A stretch of 64,000 bases of DNA, taken from assembly GCA_034430895.1 (NCBI GenBank), contig DAOUDW010000035.1, positions 121,189 to 185,188 of the forward strand, written 5' to 3'. The translations under genes and the position numbers were made by a program. Each line of letters opens with the position of its first letter. Positions within the stretch are counted from its first letter, which is position 1. Of the stretch, positions 36,586-46,381 are shown piece by piece. Under the pieces are notes generated by a model. It was given only the letters and a program-made list of their open reading frames with translations, had not been told where the DNA came from and made no database searches. The stretch is from Anaerolineales bacterium (GTDB taxonomy: Bacteria; Chloroflexota; Anaerolineae; Anaerolineales; E44-bin32).

Positions 36586-38109
36586 GTGAAAGTCCACATC
36601 GTTCATCTTGATTCCCATGACGATTATGCCTCCGCCCGAGATAAATTGTGTTGGGCGAAGTCGCCGCGCGTGCTTATCGTTTGGCCCAAATATGGCCGTA
36701 TCCTCAACCGCAGGCTCGACCTTGTGCTGCTTCAACGCTACGCCTCGCAGCACAATCTTCAAATCGGACTTGTGACGCACGACGCTGAAGTTCTGGACAA
36801 CGCAGAAGCATTGTCCATCCCAACATTTGACAAAGCAGACAACGTCACCGATGCTGGCTGGCGCCGCCGAGCTAGAGGCCGCCCGAAGCCCATGCCAGCG
36901 TCTCCAAAACGAAAAGAAATCCCCATTCCAACATCCGATGTTCGCATTGAAACTCATCCCACAACAATGACGTCGTTGCATAAGATCCTTCGAGTTCTGT
37001 TACTAATATTCACGTTCACCGTGTTTGGCTGCTTTGCGATCCTGCTCGTCTCCCATGCGGAGTTGGTAATTACACCGCTTACCAAAACGCAAGCCGTTGA
37101 TTTTGTACTACTTCTCGACCCATCCCTGGATGCCCCTGGACTAGATGGTTCCATCCCGAGCCAGTTCCTCACAGTACGGGTTTCGGATGATCTTCGGTTG
37201 CCTACCAGCGGCGAAGTTGCCGTTCCCGATTCACCAGCGAAAGGCTTCGTCACTTTTACAAATCTGACTTCAGATTCCATCGACATTGAATCAGGAACGG
37301 GGCTTCGGGCAACGAATTTCGACAATCAACGTTTTGTGACGCTTGAAAGCGTGTCCCTATCCGGTGAAATCGGTGCGGAAGTGGAAGCAGCAATCGAAGC
37401 TGCCGTGCCGGGTCCTGCAGGGAACCTGTCCACTGGCGCCATAGATGCCGTGGAAGGCACATTGGGATTACAAGTTGAGGTTACCAACATCGTTTATCTT
37501 TCGGGTGGCGAAAACGAAATCCATGCGGCAGTTGCCGAAGAGGATTTTAATAGACTTGAAAAAGCGCTCCAGGAAAGTCTGGAAGACCAGGCACTTCAAA
37601 TGCTGAGCGCCCAACTTATCGACGATCAAATCCTCTTGGTAAATTCTCTTAATCTGACGCATCAATACGAACGGATTTTCGATCGAGAAATCGGTGAGCC
37701 GGCGGACACCCTGGGATTGACGATGGATGTTGAGTTCAGCGTTTATGCATATCTACAATCCGATGCCCAAACTGCAGCGAAATTCTCACTTGACGATCAA
37801 CTACTCACTGGCTTCCAGCCCGTCCCATCTAGTTTTGGCTTCGAAGTTAGGCATGATAATGTCCGCATGCAAAATGATAACTTCGAAATCGACACCCAAG
37901 CCTGGCAGGAAATCTTTTTACCCCCCGATAAAGACTTGCTGCGGGAAATCCTTCAATGGGAAAAGCCGGCGCAAGCGCTTTCGCTCGTATCCCAGAGAAT
38001 TAATGTCACGGAACCCCCCAAGTTGAATCTCCACCCCGCATGGCTGCCGCGCATCCCCTTCCTTGTCACGCAAATTTCTATTCGGTATTCATGGCAAGTG
38101 GATTCATGA
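36586..38109 (+). CDS. Single-pass membrane protein, unknown function (N-terminal cytoplasmic domain plus large extracytoplasmic domain)
   Basis: 507-aa ORF with a GTG start and one TM helix ('ILRVLLLIFTFTVFGCFAILLV'). 'AAVPGPAGNLSTGAIDAVEG' is reminiscent of baseplate-J/gp47-type 'GxxGNvxxgtI' motifs, but this is a weak, by-eye impression. Its stop overlaps the ruvX start. Confidence 0.6.
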   Translation: MKVHIVHLDSHDDYASARDKLCWAKSPRVLIVWPKYGRILNRRLDLVLLQRYASQHNLQIGLVTHDAEVLDNAEALSIPTFDKADNVTDAGWRRRARGRPKPMPASPKRKEIPIPTSDVRIETHPTTMTSLHKILRVLLLIFTFTVFGCFAILLVSHAELVITPLTKTQAVDFVLLLDPSLDAPGLDGSIPSQFLTVRVSDDLRLPTSGEVAVPDSPAKGFVTFTNLTSDSIDIESGTGLRATNFDNQRFVTLESVSLSGEIGAEVEAAIEAAVPGPAGNLSTGAIDAVEGTLGLQVEVTNIVYLSGGENEIHAAVAEEDFNRLEKALQESLEDQALQMLSAQLIDDQILLVNSLNLTHQYERIFDREIGEPADTLGLTMDVEFSVYAYLQSDAQTAAKFSLDDQLLTGFQPVPSSFGFEVRHDNVRMQNDNFEIDTQAWQEIFLPPDKDLLREILQWEKPAQALSLVSQRINVTEPPKLNLHPAWLPRIPFLVTQISIRYSWQVDS

Positions 38110-38501
38110 CCCGCATCCTTGCTGTCGATCCCGGAGATAAACGCATCGGCATCGCCGTCAGCGACCCGAGCGGTACGATCGCGAGGCCTCTTTTTGTGAT
38201 CGAGCACGTTTCCAGGCAAGCAGACGCACAAAGCATCGTGCAGCATGCAGTTGAATACGATGCAGAAATGATACTCGTCGGGATTGCATTGGATCCTTCA
38301 GGCCAAATCGGTCATCAAGCCAGAAAGGAACTCCGCCTGGTCGATGCCCTACGTACGATCACAGAATTAGAGATTGAAACCTGGGATGAAACCGATTCCA
38401 CGCAAACGGCGTTGCAACTTGCCGGTAAGCGAGACAAAATGACGGATGCCCTTGCAGCCGCCGTCTTATTACAGGAATATCTCGATGCCCAAAATACTTA
38501 A
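38106..38501 (+). CDS. ruvX: Holliday junction resolvase-like RuvX (YqgF)
   Basis: 'ILAVDPGDKRIGIAVSD'. The ATG at 38106 overlaps the upstream stop as ATGA. Confidence 0.9.
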   Translation: MTRILAVDPGDKRIGIAVSDPSGTIARPLFVIEHVSRQADAQSIVQHAVEYDAEMILVGIALDPSGQIGHQARKELRLVDALRTITELEIETWDETDSTQTALQLAGKRDKMTDALAAAVLLQEYLDAQNT

Positions 38502-39621
38502 ACGACCTACCTGTTTACTCACGTCAGCCATCGTCATACTTCTTATCTGTGGAGTGATCTGGATTGTGGGATTCGTCATTCTTGGTGTACCCAAGGCGAA
38601 TGAACGCCTGGGCACTCCTAACCCTCACTTAAATCCGCTCATGCGCACGCTGCTGTCGATATACCTCTTGTCAAACGAGTCGAATCTCGATGAACCCGCG
38701 GGCACGCCTGGCTCTTCCATCGATTTCGAAGTGTATGAAGGAGATCTCGCCAGCGACGTCATCGATCGATTGACGGAAACGGGAGCCATTCGCGATGGTT
38801 TCCTGCTTCGAAATTATCTTCGCTATCGCGGCTTTGACTACAGCATTGAGGCTGGCCATTATCAACTTTCTGGCGATATGTCGGTACGACAATTAGCGGA
38901 AGCGCTCCAGACTGCTCGCCCTGCGTCGATTTCCTTCATCGTGCTCGAGGGTTGGCGCATGGAAGAAATCGCCGAACGAATTGCACTCAGCGGTCTGAAC
39001 ATCACTTACGATGATTTCCTTTCAGCGTGCCGCGAAATCGCACAAAGTAACAACCTTCCGGTGGAATGGCCGGCAGAACCTTCCCTGGAGGGATTCCTAT
39101 TTCCCGATACCTATTTCTTCGACTTCGATGCTACCGCAGAGGAAGTGATCCTCGCCATGCTGGAGAACTTCGACACGAAAGTTGATACAGAAACACTTGA
39201 AGGCTTTGCGCAGCAGGGATTGAGTGTATTAGAAGCCATCACATTGTCTTCCATTGTCGAACGCGAAGCGATCATCCCGGATGAGCGACCACTTATCGCA
39301 TCGGTTTTCTTGAACCGCACAGCGCTGGGGATGAAATTGGAAGCGGATCCAACCGTTCAGTACTCTTTGGGTCTACAGCTCGATGGTTGGTGGAAGGCGC
39401 CGCTCAGCCTCTCCGATCTTGAAATCGATTCTCCTTATAACACATACATCTACACAGGTACTCCTCCCGGGCCAATTGCCAATCCCGGGTTAGCGGCGCT
39501 TGAGGCGGTTGCATTTCCTTCTGATAGCCAATATCTGTATTTTCGTGCACTTTGTGACGGATCGGGTCGCCACGCCTTTGCCGAGACCTTCGAAGAACAC
39601 CTCCAAAACGCCTGTCCGTGA
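38485..39621 (+). CDS. mltG: Endolytic murein transglycosylase MltG (YceG family)
   Basis: N-terminal TM anchor, then 'EGFLFPDTYFF', 'SSIVEREA' and 'SPYNTYIYTGTPPGPIANPG'. Confidence 0.9.
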   Translation: MPKILKRPTCLLTSAIVILLICGVIWIVGFVILGVPKANERLGTPNPHLNPLMRTLLSIYLLSNESNLDEPAGTPGSSIDFEVYEGDLASDVIDRLTETGAIRDGFLLRNYLRYRGFDYSIEAGHYQLSGDMSVRQLAEALQTARPASISFIVLEGWRMEEIAERIALSGLNITYDDFLSACREIAQSNNLPVEWPAEPSLEGFLFPDTYFFDFDATAEEVILAMLENFDTKVDTETLEGFAQQGLSVLEAITLSSIVEREAIIPDERPLIASVFLNRTALGMKLEADPTVQYSLGLQLDGWWKAPLSLSDLEIDSPYNTYIYTGTPPGPIANPGLAALEAVAFPSDSQYLYFRALCDGSGRHAFAETFEEHLQNACP

Positions 39622-39625
39622 TGTT

Positions 39626-41587
39626 ATGATGACCTCCAAAAAATTCGCCCCCTATGGTTCCTGGAAATCTCCGATACAAGCGGAGCATGTCGCTGCAAGC
39701 GGCTCTGGATGGGGTGGCTTGATGCGTGAAATCCAGGTGGATGGAAAGAATGTATTTTGGATCCTTCCCAGACCGCAAGAAGGTGGGCGCAACACCCTCA
39801 TGCAGTGCCGCGAAGATGGAAGCATCGCTGAAATCCTTCCCGCCGACTACAGCATACGAACACGCGTCCACGATTACGGCGGCGGCGATTATTGTGTCCG
39901 TGAAGGCACGATTGTTTTTTCCAACGCCGTTGATCAGCGTTTATATCTTCTCTCGCCGAATGCCGATCCCGTTCCCCTTACGGCCGCACCTCCTATAGAC
40001 GAATCCTGGCGTTATGCAGACGGCTCGATTGCGCCAGATGGTCTAACCCTGCTCTGCGTTCATGAACGCCACCTTTCAACCGGCGTGGTGGAAAACGAGA
40101 TCATTGCGATCGAAATCAATGGCACATTCGTAATTCACCCCATCGTTAAAGACAGCGACTTTTACGCCAGCCCGCGGGTGAGTCCGGACGGCAAGAAAGT
40201 AGCCTGGTTATCCTGGAATCTACCCCGTATGCCCTGGGACGGCACGGAATTATGGGTTGCGGAGCTTCAATCCGACGTCTCCGTTGCTTCAGCGGTAAGA
40301 ATCGCTGGAGGCGACGCAGAGTGGATTTCCAACCCGGCCTGGAGCTCAAACGGCGATCTATACTTTCTCTCGGATCGTTCCGATTGGAGCAATCTCTACC
40401 GCTGGGATGGCGATAAGGTCGAGCAGGTTTTTCAAATTAACGCCGACCTCGATCGGCCAGCCTGGACATTCGGGTATACGCGTTATGCGTTCTTGTCCCA
40501 TGACCGCATTGCCTTCGTCTACTGGGAAAATGGCATCGAGTATTTGGGCCTCTATGATCCGGTTTCTTCAAGCTACAAAGGAATCAACACGGACTACTCA
40601 GCCATCCCCTACATCACCAGCAACGGCGAGGACGAACTCTGGTTTCTGGGCGGCAACTTCCAATTGAAACCTTCGGTCGTCCGCTTGAAGATGAATGGCT
40701 CGAACCCTGAAGTTGTCTATCGTAATTCGTCTTTTATTTTTGATTCCGGATACATTTCCAATCCCCAGCCCATAGATTTTCCGGCTTCCGACGATCAGGT
40801 CGCCCACGCCCTGTATTACCCCCCGACGAATAAGGATTATGCTGCACCAACGGACGAATTGATCCCGCTCATCGTGCGCTGCCACGGCGGACCGACCTCT
40901 GCTGCGCATCCCTTCCTGCAGCCCACATTCCAATATTTCACCAGCCGCGGCTTCGGCATCCTCGACGTGAATTACCGCGGCAGTTCCGGCTACGGTCGAT
41001 CCTATCGTGAGGCATTGAAGGGGAAATGGGGCATTTTCGACACGCAGGATTGCATTACCGCAGCGCTTTATCTTGTCGATCGGGGTGAGGCGGATCCAAA
41101 GAGATTGATTATGCGCGGGGGAAGCGCAGGGGGCTGGACGACCTTGTGTGCGCTTACATTTCACGATCTGTTCAAGGCCGGCGCCATTTATTACGGAATT
41201 GCGGACGCCGAGAAATTGGCGAAAACTACTCATAAGTTTGAAGCCGATTACCTTGAATATCTTATCGGGCCCTATCCCGATGAAAGGCAGCTTTATGTCA
41301 AACGCTCGCCGATCCATCACACGGACAGCATTTCATGCCCACTGATCGTTTTTCAAGGCCTGGACGACAATGTCGTTCCCCCATCGCAAGCGGAGATCTT
41401 GGTTAAAGCTTTGCAAGAAAAGAAATTGCCCCACGCCTATCTGACCTTCTCCGGTGAAGGCCATGGGTTTCGACGTGCCGATAGCATCAAGCGCAGCCTC
41501 GAAGCCGAGCTCTCGTTCTACGCACAGATTTTCGAATTCGACCTTGCTGATCCATTCGCAGCGATTACAATTCAACATCTCACGTAA
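39626..41587 (+). CDS. S9-family serine peptidase (prolyl oligopeptidase / acylaminoacyl-peptidase type)
   Basis: N-terminal beta-propeller-like half. The C-terminal half has 'GGSAGGWTT' (the GxSxGG nucleophile elbow), 'FQGLDDNVVP' and 'GEGHGF'. Confidence 0.85.
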   Translation: MMTSKKFAPYGSWKSPIQAEHVAASGSGWGGLMREIQVDGKNVFWILPRPQEGGRNTLMQCREDGSIAEILPADYSIRTRVHDYGGGDYCVREGTIVFSNAVDQRLYLLSPNADPVPLTAAPPIDESWRYADGSIAPDGLTLLCVHERHLSTGVVENEIIAIEINGTFVIHPIVKDSDFYASPRVSPDGKKVAWLSWNLPRMPWDGTELWVAELQSDVSVASAVRIAGGDAEWISNPAWSSNGDLYFLSDRSDWSNLYRWDGDKVEQVFQINADLDRPAWTFGYTRYAFLSHDRIAFVYWENGIEYLGLYDPVSSSYKGINTDYSAIPYITSNGEDELWFLGGNFQLKPSVVRLKMNGSNPEVVYRNSSFIFDSGYISNPQPIDFPASDDQVAHALYYPPTNKDYAAPTDELIPLIVRCHGGPTSAAHPFLQPTFQYFTSRGFGILDVNYRGSSGYGRSYREALKGKWGIFDTQDCITAALYLVDRGEADPKRLIMRGGSAGGWTTLCALTFHDLFKAGAIYYGIADAEKLAKTTHKFEADYLEYLIGPYPDERQLYVKRSPIHHTDSISCPLIVFQGLDDNVVPPSQAEILVKALQEKKLPHAYLTFSGEGHGFRRADSIKRSLEAELSFYAQIFEFDLADPFAAITIQHLT

Positions 41588-41619
41588 ATCTCTTCTTCAA
41601 ATTCCAACAGGATAAATGG

Positions 41620-42849
41620 ATGTTTGGAAACCGCGTTCGTCTTCAATTTTCAGAATCATGGCAGCGCACGCTGTATATCACTTTCATCGCCCAGATTCTT
41701 ACGGCGATCGGATTTTCTAGTATCTTTCCTTTCTTGCCGCTGTACGTTGAGTCGCTGGGTTCTTCATCCCAGCTAAGCATCGAATTCCTTGCGGGTTTGG
41801 TGTACTCTGCCCAAGCTTTCTGCATGATGCTTGCTTCCCCCATTTGGGGCGCGATTGCGGATCGCTATGGAAGGAAACTCATGGTGCAGCGCGCCTGTTT
41901 TGGCGGTGTTGCGGTCATTTTTCTCATGGCCTTTGTACGTTCCGCCGAGGAGTTGGTGTTTTTGCGTGCCATACAAGGGCTGATGACCGGTTCTGTTGCA
42001 GCATCCAGTGCGTTAATTGCCGCAGAAGCCCCTCGCACGAGAACCGGATACGCCCTGGGATTGCTGCAGACGGGTCTCGGAATTGGCATCGCTTTGGGAC
42101 CACTCATCGGCGGCGCCATTGCAGACGCTTTCGGATACAGCGCCGCATTTTATATCACCGCGGCTCTCCTGCTCATCGCGGGGATCATGGTCCACTTCGG
42201 TGTAGAAGAAACCTACGTTCCAACGACTGCGCCAAGGATCGATCTGCGTGGGTTCTTCTCCGACTGGCGCCACATCTTCCAATCCCCCGGCGTTACGACT
42301 ACGTATGCTTTGGATATGATCTCGCAGCTTGCGCGCATGATGGTCATACCGATCTTGCCCATTCTGATCCAATCCTTCATCACCGACCTCGGTACCGTCA
42401 ACACTATCACCGGCGTCGTTTTCGGTGTGTATTCGGCAACAATGACCTTGAGTGCAATCTACCTGGGCAAACTGGGAGATCGCATCGGCCACCGCATGAT
42501 CTTGATCGTTAGTTTGATCACGCTTGCGATTTTTTACTTTCCGCAAGCTTACGTGGATGAAGCCTGGCAGATTCTAATTTTTCAATCTTTATCGGGTATT
42601 TCCATGGGGGGCATACTGCCATCGATCGGCGCCTTGCTGGCTAAACTCACCGTTCAGGGAGAGGAAGGAACGGTATACGGGTTGTCGAATTCGCTGCGCG
42701 CCGGCGCACGCTCCGTAGCTCCCCTCCTCGGCGCCGGAATCGCAACCTGGTTTAGCAATCAGGCCACGTTCGTTTTTGCCGCCGGGTTTTATCTACTGGC
42801 GGGAATCCTGGCTGCCATCAGGCTGCCTAGGCTATCCAATAATTCTTAG
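41620..42849 (+). CDS. MFS transporter
   Basis: About 12 TM segments and 'GAIADRYGRKLM' (MFS motif A, GxxxDRxGRR-like). Confidence 0.85.
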   Translation: MFGNRVRLQFSESWQRTLYITFIAQILTAIGFSSIFPFLPLYVESLGSSSQLSIEFLAGLVYSAQAFCMMLASPIWGAIADRYGRKLMVQRACFGGVAVIFLMAFVRSAEELVFLRAIQGLMTGSVAASSALIAAEAPRTRTGYALGLLQTGLGIGIALGPLIGGAIADAFGYSAAFYITAALLLIAGIMVHFGVEETYVPTTAPRIDLRGFFSDWRHIFQSPGVTTTYALDMISQLARMMVIPILPILIQSFITDLGTVNTITGVVFGVYSATMTLSAIYLGKLGDRIGHRMILIVSLITLAIFYFPQAYVDEAWQILIFQSLSGISMGGILPSIGALLAKLTVQGEEGTVYGLSNSLRAGARSVAPLLGAGIATWFSNQATFVFAAGFYLLAGILAAIRLPRLSNNS

Positions 42850-42868
42850 TATTCGATTACACAATGTA

Positions 42869-44176
42869 TTAATCACCCACAGTCCGATAAAACAACGGCA
42901 GCGGTTCGATTTTCTTATCTTCTATCCGATGCGCGTCAAGCAAGCGCTGGGCGGATTCATTAATAAGTTTCTTGTCATTGGCATGGACTTCGAACAGGGG
43001 ATCTCCCGCCTGGATACGATCCCCGATGTTGGTGTGCACGATCACACCCACGGCATGATCGATGGAATCACCTTTCTTTTCCCGTCCAGCGCCCAAATCC
43101 ACGGCCGTGAGAGCCACTTCACGCGCGTCGATCTGCGCAACCGTTCCACTCGAAGGCGCAGATACGATCTTGATATATTTGGCTTGAGGTAAACGACCGG
43201 GATCATCCACCATACCTGTATCGCCGCCCTGTGCCCGCACGAGATCGAGGAACTTATCATAGGACTTGCCGCTCTCGATGACCGAATGTGCCATCGCCCG
43301 AGCGGATTCTACGTCCTCTGCGCGCTTCCCGAGCACGAGCATATGACTCGCTACTTCGATGCAGTGTTCGAGAAAATCCTGCGGACCTTCTCCATGCAGC
43401 GTGGCAATCGCTTCTTTTACCTCCAACGCATTGCCCACGGCATCCCCCAGTGGCTGATTCATATCCGATAACAGCGCCACAGCGCGACGGTCCGCATGGC
43501 GGGCGATTTCAACCATCAACTCCGCCAGCTCGACCGCTTGATCCATCGTTCGCATGAACGCCCCTCTGCCAACTTTAACATCCAGCACGATCCCCTGTGC
43601 GCCGCCGGCGATTTTCTTACTCATGATCGACGAAGCGATTAACGGAATGGACGGCACCGTCCCGGTGACGTCCCGCAGCGCGTAAAGCTTGCCGTCTGCC
43701 GGGGTGAGTTTCGCCGTCTGACCGGATAACACGATCCCTACTTCGCCCAGCTGAGCCAGAAACTCATCCTTGTTTAGATCGGATCGAAAGCCGCTGATCG
43801 ACTCCATCTTGTCCAGCGTGCCGCCGCTGAATCCCAAAGCCCTGCCGGACATTTTACCGACCGCAAGACCACATGCCGCCACCGTCGGCAGAACGACGAG
43901 CGAGGTTTTATCTCCCACACCACCTGTGGAATGTTTATCGACTGCGATGGGCACGACGCTCGACAGATCGATCTGTTCACCGGATTCGACGATCACTTGT
44001 GTCAATTCCGCCGTTTCGCGCGGCGTCATCCCGCGGAACAGCACCGCCATACACCAGGCTGCAACCTGATAATCCGGGATTTCCCCGCGCGTGAAGCCCT
44101 CGATGAAATATCGGATCTCATCCCGGCTGAGTTCCATCCCTTCACGCTTTTTGATCACAATGTCTACGGCGCGCAT
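42869..44176 (-). CDS. pdp: Pyrimidine-nucleoside (thymidine) phosphorylase
   Basis: 'DKHSTGGVGDKTSLVV' and 'SGRALGFSGGTLDKMESI'. The start is set at ATG 44176, with GGAGG 7 nt upstream. Confidence 0.92.
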   Translation of the reverse strand: MRAVDIVIKKREGMELSRDEIRYFIEGFTRGEIPDYQVAAWCMAVLFRGMTPRETAELTQVIVESGEQIDLSSVVPIAVDKHSTGGVGDKTSLVVLPTVAACGLAVGKMSGRALGFSGGTLDKMESISGFRSDLNKDEFLAQLGEVGIVLSGQTAKLTPADGKLYALRDVTGTVPSIPLIASSIMSKKIAGGAQGIVLDVKVGRGAFMRTMDQAVELAELMVEIARHADRRAVALLSDMNQPLGDAVGNALEVKEAIATLHGEGPQDFLEHCIEVASHMLVLGKRAEDVESARAMAHSVIESGKSYDKFLDLVRAQGGDTGMVDDPGRLPQAKYIKIVSAPSSGTVAQIDAREVALTAVDLGAGREKKGDSIDHAVGVIVHTNIGDRIQAGDPLFEVHANDKKLINESAQRLLDAHRIEDKKIEPLPLFYRTVGD

Positions 44177-44377
44177 ACATCGCCTCCTGGATCGTGTATT
44201 GATTATACTTTCCAGCCTGTAACTCGCCACATAGCTTCGCACTTCATTCATTTTGATACGCTGATTATCAAGCGAAACGAACGTATCCGTGATACGATTT
44301 AACAACATCCAACGATTTCACTCTTCCATTTGATGTTTCTCTATCCGTCATGATGTATTCCATTTACAGAGGATCCT

Positions 44378-46354
44378 ATGCAAAAGGTTGATGTTATTCT
44401 AAAAAACGCCTTGATCGTCACAATGGACGAGGACGAGCGTGTGCTTGCAGACGGCGCCATCGCCATAAGCGGCGATTCGATTCAAGCCGTCGGCGAGACC
44501 AAAGAGATCACCAGCGAATACAAAGCCGAGGAAACGATCGACTGCGCCGGTAAAACGATAACCCCTGGCCTGGTCAATTCGCACACCCATGCAGCGATGA
44601 CGCTGCTGCGCGGTCTTGCCGATGACCTGCGCCTGGATGTCTGGCTGCTGGGCTACATGATGCCCGTCGAGCGTGAGTTCGTCTCGCCGGAATTCTGCCG
44701 CCTGGGCACACTTTTGGGCTGCGCCGAGATGATCCGCGGCGGGACGACATGTTTTGCGGATATGTACTACTACGAAGAGGCGGTCGCCGAAGCTGCTGCA
44801 GAAGCCGGCATACGGGCGATATGCGGTCAAACGGTGCTTAAATTTCCCTCGCCGGATGCGGAATCCTATGAAGATGCGCTCGATTACGCACGCAGTTATA
44901 TGGAAAAGTGGCGGGATCATCCACTCGTCATACCTGCCATCGCGCCGCACGCACCGTATACAACCACAGAGGAGATTCTCAAAGCCTGTACCGAACTTGC
45001 CATGGAATTCGATGTTCCCCTGCTCACTCATATCGCTGAGACAATGGACGAGGTGGAAAACTGGCGCGACACCTACGACATGCCCGTTGTACCCTGGGTC
45101 AAGAAACTTGGTCTCTTGGACGCCAAAGTCGTTGCCGCCCACTGTGTGCACATCGACGATGGCGAGATTCATACCCTGGAACACGCGGGCACGGGAATTT
45201 CGCACAACCCTTCCAGCAACCTTAAACTTGCATCCGGTTTCGCACCGGTCACCGAAATGCTGGAAACCGGACTCAACGTCGGCGTTGCCACAGACGGTCC
45301 ATCTTCCAACAACGACCTCGACATGTGGGAGGAGATGCGCCTGGCTTCGTTCATCGCCAAAGCCTACGGCGAGAATCCGACGGCGCTGCCTGCGAAAACG
45401 GTATTCGATATGGCTACGCGCATGGCCGCGAAGGTGCTCTACCTCGGCGATATCACCGGCTCACTCGAAGCCGGCAAACGCGCCGATATCATCATGCTCG
45501 ACCTCCAGTCCGTGCACAACGCCCCCCACTTCGCCCGCAGCCCCGATGCGGTCTATTCTCGTCTGGTCTACACCGCCAAAGCGACCGACGTGACGGATGT
45601 GATCATCGATGGCAAATGGGTGCTTCGAGAGCGACAATTACAAACCATCGATCTCGAGCCTTTACTCAAAGAAGCCGACGAGTATGCCGCTAAAATAGAC
45701 GCCTTCCTCATCGAACGCGAAGGTTCGGTCCTATCCAAGCTGATCGCCATCGGCGGTGCCGAGCAGGAAGAGAGCTACGAGGTACAGATCAAAGTGCGCA
45801 TCCCCGATTCAGCACCGTTTGTCGAAAGATTGAACAGCGGCGAATTCGAAATCGTTCGCACGGCGCACTATCTGGAATACGATACCTATTTCGCTTTCGA
45901 CGCCCCGGAAGTCAATCGTCTGCGCTATCGGGAAGATGAATTCATCGACGCTGACGGTGAGGTTTTCAACATGCGCTACCGCCTGACGCTAACGGGCCCG
46001 GCAGCCGAAGGTGAATACCACGACGCCATCTTCCTCTCGCGTTCACGTTTCATCGCCCCGGCGATCCACAGCCTCCGTTTCTATCAGGAGTACTTCAACC
46101 CCGCTTCCTCCATCGAGGTCAATAAGGACCGTCTCCGCTGGCTGCTGCGCTACGAAGGTGTCGAACTCTTCGTTAACATCGACCGGCTGATTAAGCCCAA
46201 ATCGGAATGCTGCTTCCTGGAAATTAAAAGCCGCACGTGGTCGCGACGCGATGCGCAGCAAAAGGCGGACAAAATTTCCCGTCTTCTTCATGCGCTGGGC
46301 GCGGGAGATGCCGATACCGTACGGACGGAATATCCGCAGCTTGTCTCGGATTAA
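44378..46354 (+). CDS. MtaD-like amidohydrolase (MTA/SAH deaminase family) fused to a C-terminal CYTH-like domain
   Basis: Residues 1-430 carry 'PGLVNSHTHAAMTLLRG', 'HCVH' and 'VATDGPSSNN', typical of the MtaD/TM0936 family. Residues about 465-658 carry 'YEVQIKV' and 'CFLEIKS' at the positions of the CYTH ExExK and hxEIE strands. Confidence 0.85.
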   Translation: MQKVDVILKNALIVTMDEDERVLADGAIAISGDSIQAVGETKEITSEYKAEETIDCAGKTITPGLVNSHTHAAMTLLRGLADDLRLDVWLLGYMMPVEREFVSPEFCRLGTLLGCAEMIRGGTTCFADMYYYEEAVAEAAAEAGIRAICGQTVLKFPSPDAESYEDALDYARSYMEKWRDHPLVIPAIAPHAPYTTTEEILKACTELAMEFDVPLLTHIAETMDEVENWRDTYDMPVVPWVKKLGLLDAKVVAAHCVHIDDGEIHTLEHAGTGISHNPSSNLKLASGFAPVTEMLETGLNVGVATDGPSSNNDLDMWEEMRLASFIAKAYGENPTALPAKTVFDMATRMAAKVLYLGDITGSLEAGKRADIIMLDLQSVHNAPHFARSPDAVYSRLVYTAKATDVTDVIIDGKWVLRERQLQTIDLEPLLKEADEYAAKIDAFLIEREGSVLSKLIAIGGAEQEESYEVQIKVRIPDSAPFVERLNSGEFEIVRTAHYLEYDTYFAFDAPEVNRLRYREDEFIDADGEVFNMRYRLTLTGPAAEGEYHDAIFLSRSRFIAPAIHSLRFYQEYFNPASSIEVNKDRLRWLLRYEGVELFVNIDRLIKPKSECCFLEIKSRTWSRRDAQQKADKISRLLHALGAGDADTVRTEYPQLVSD

Positions 46355-46381
46355 TACTCCATAAATTGTCCGGCTGTATGG

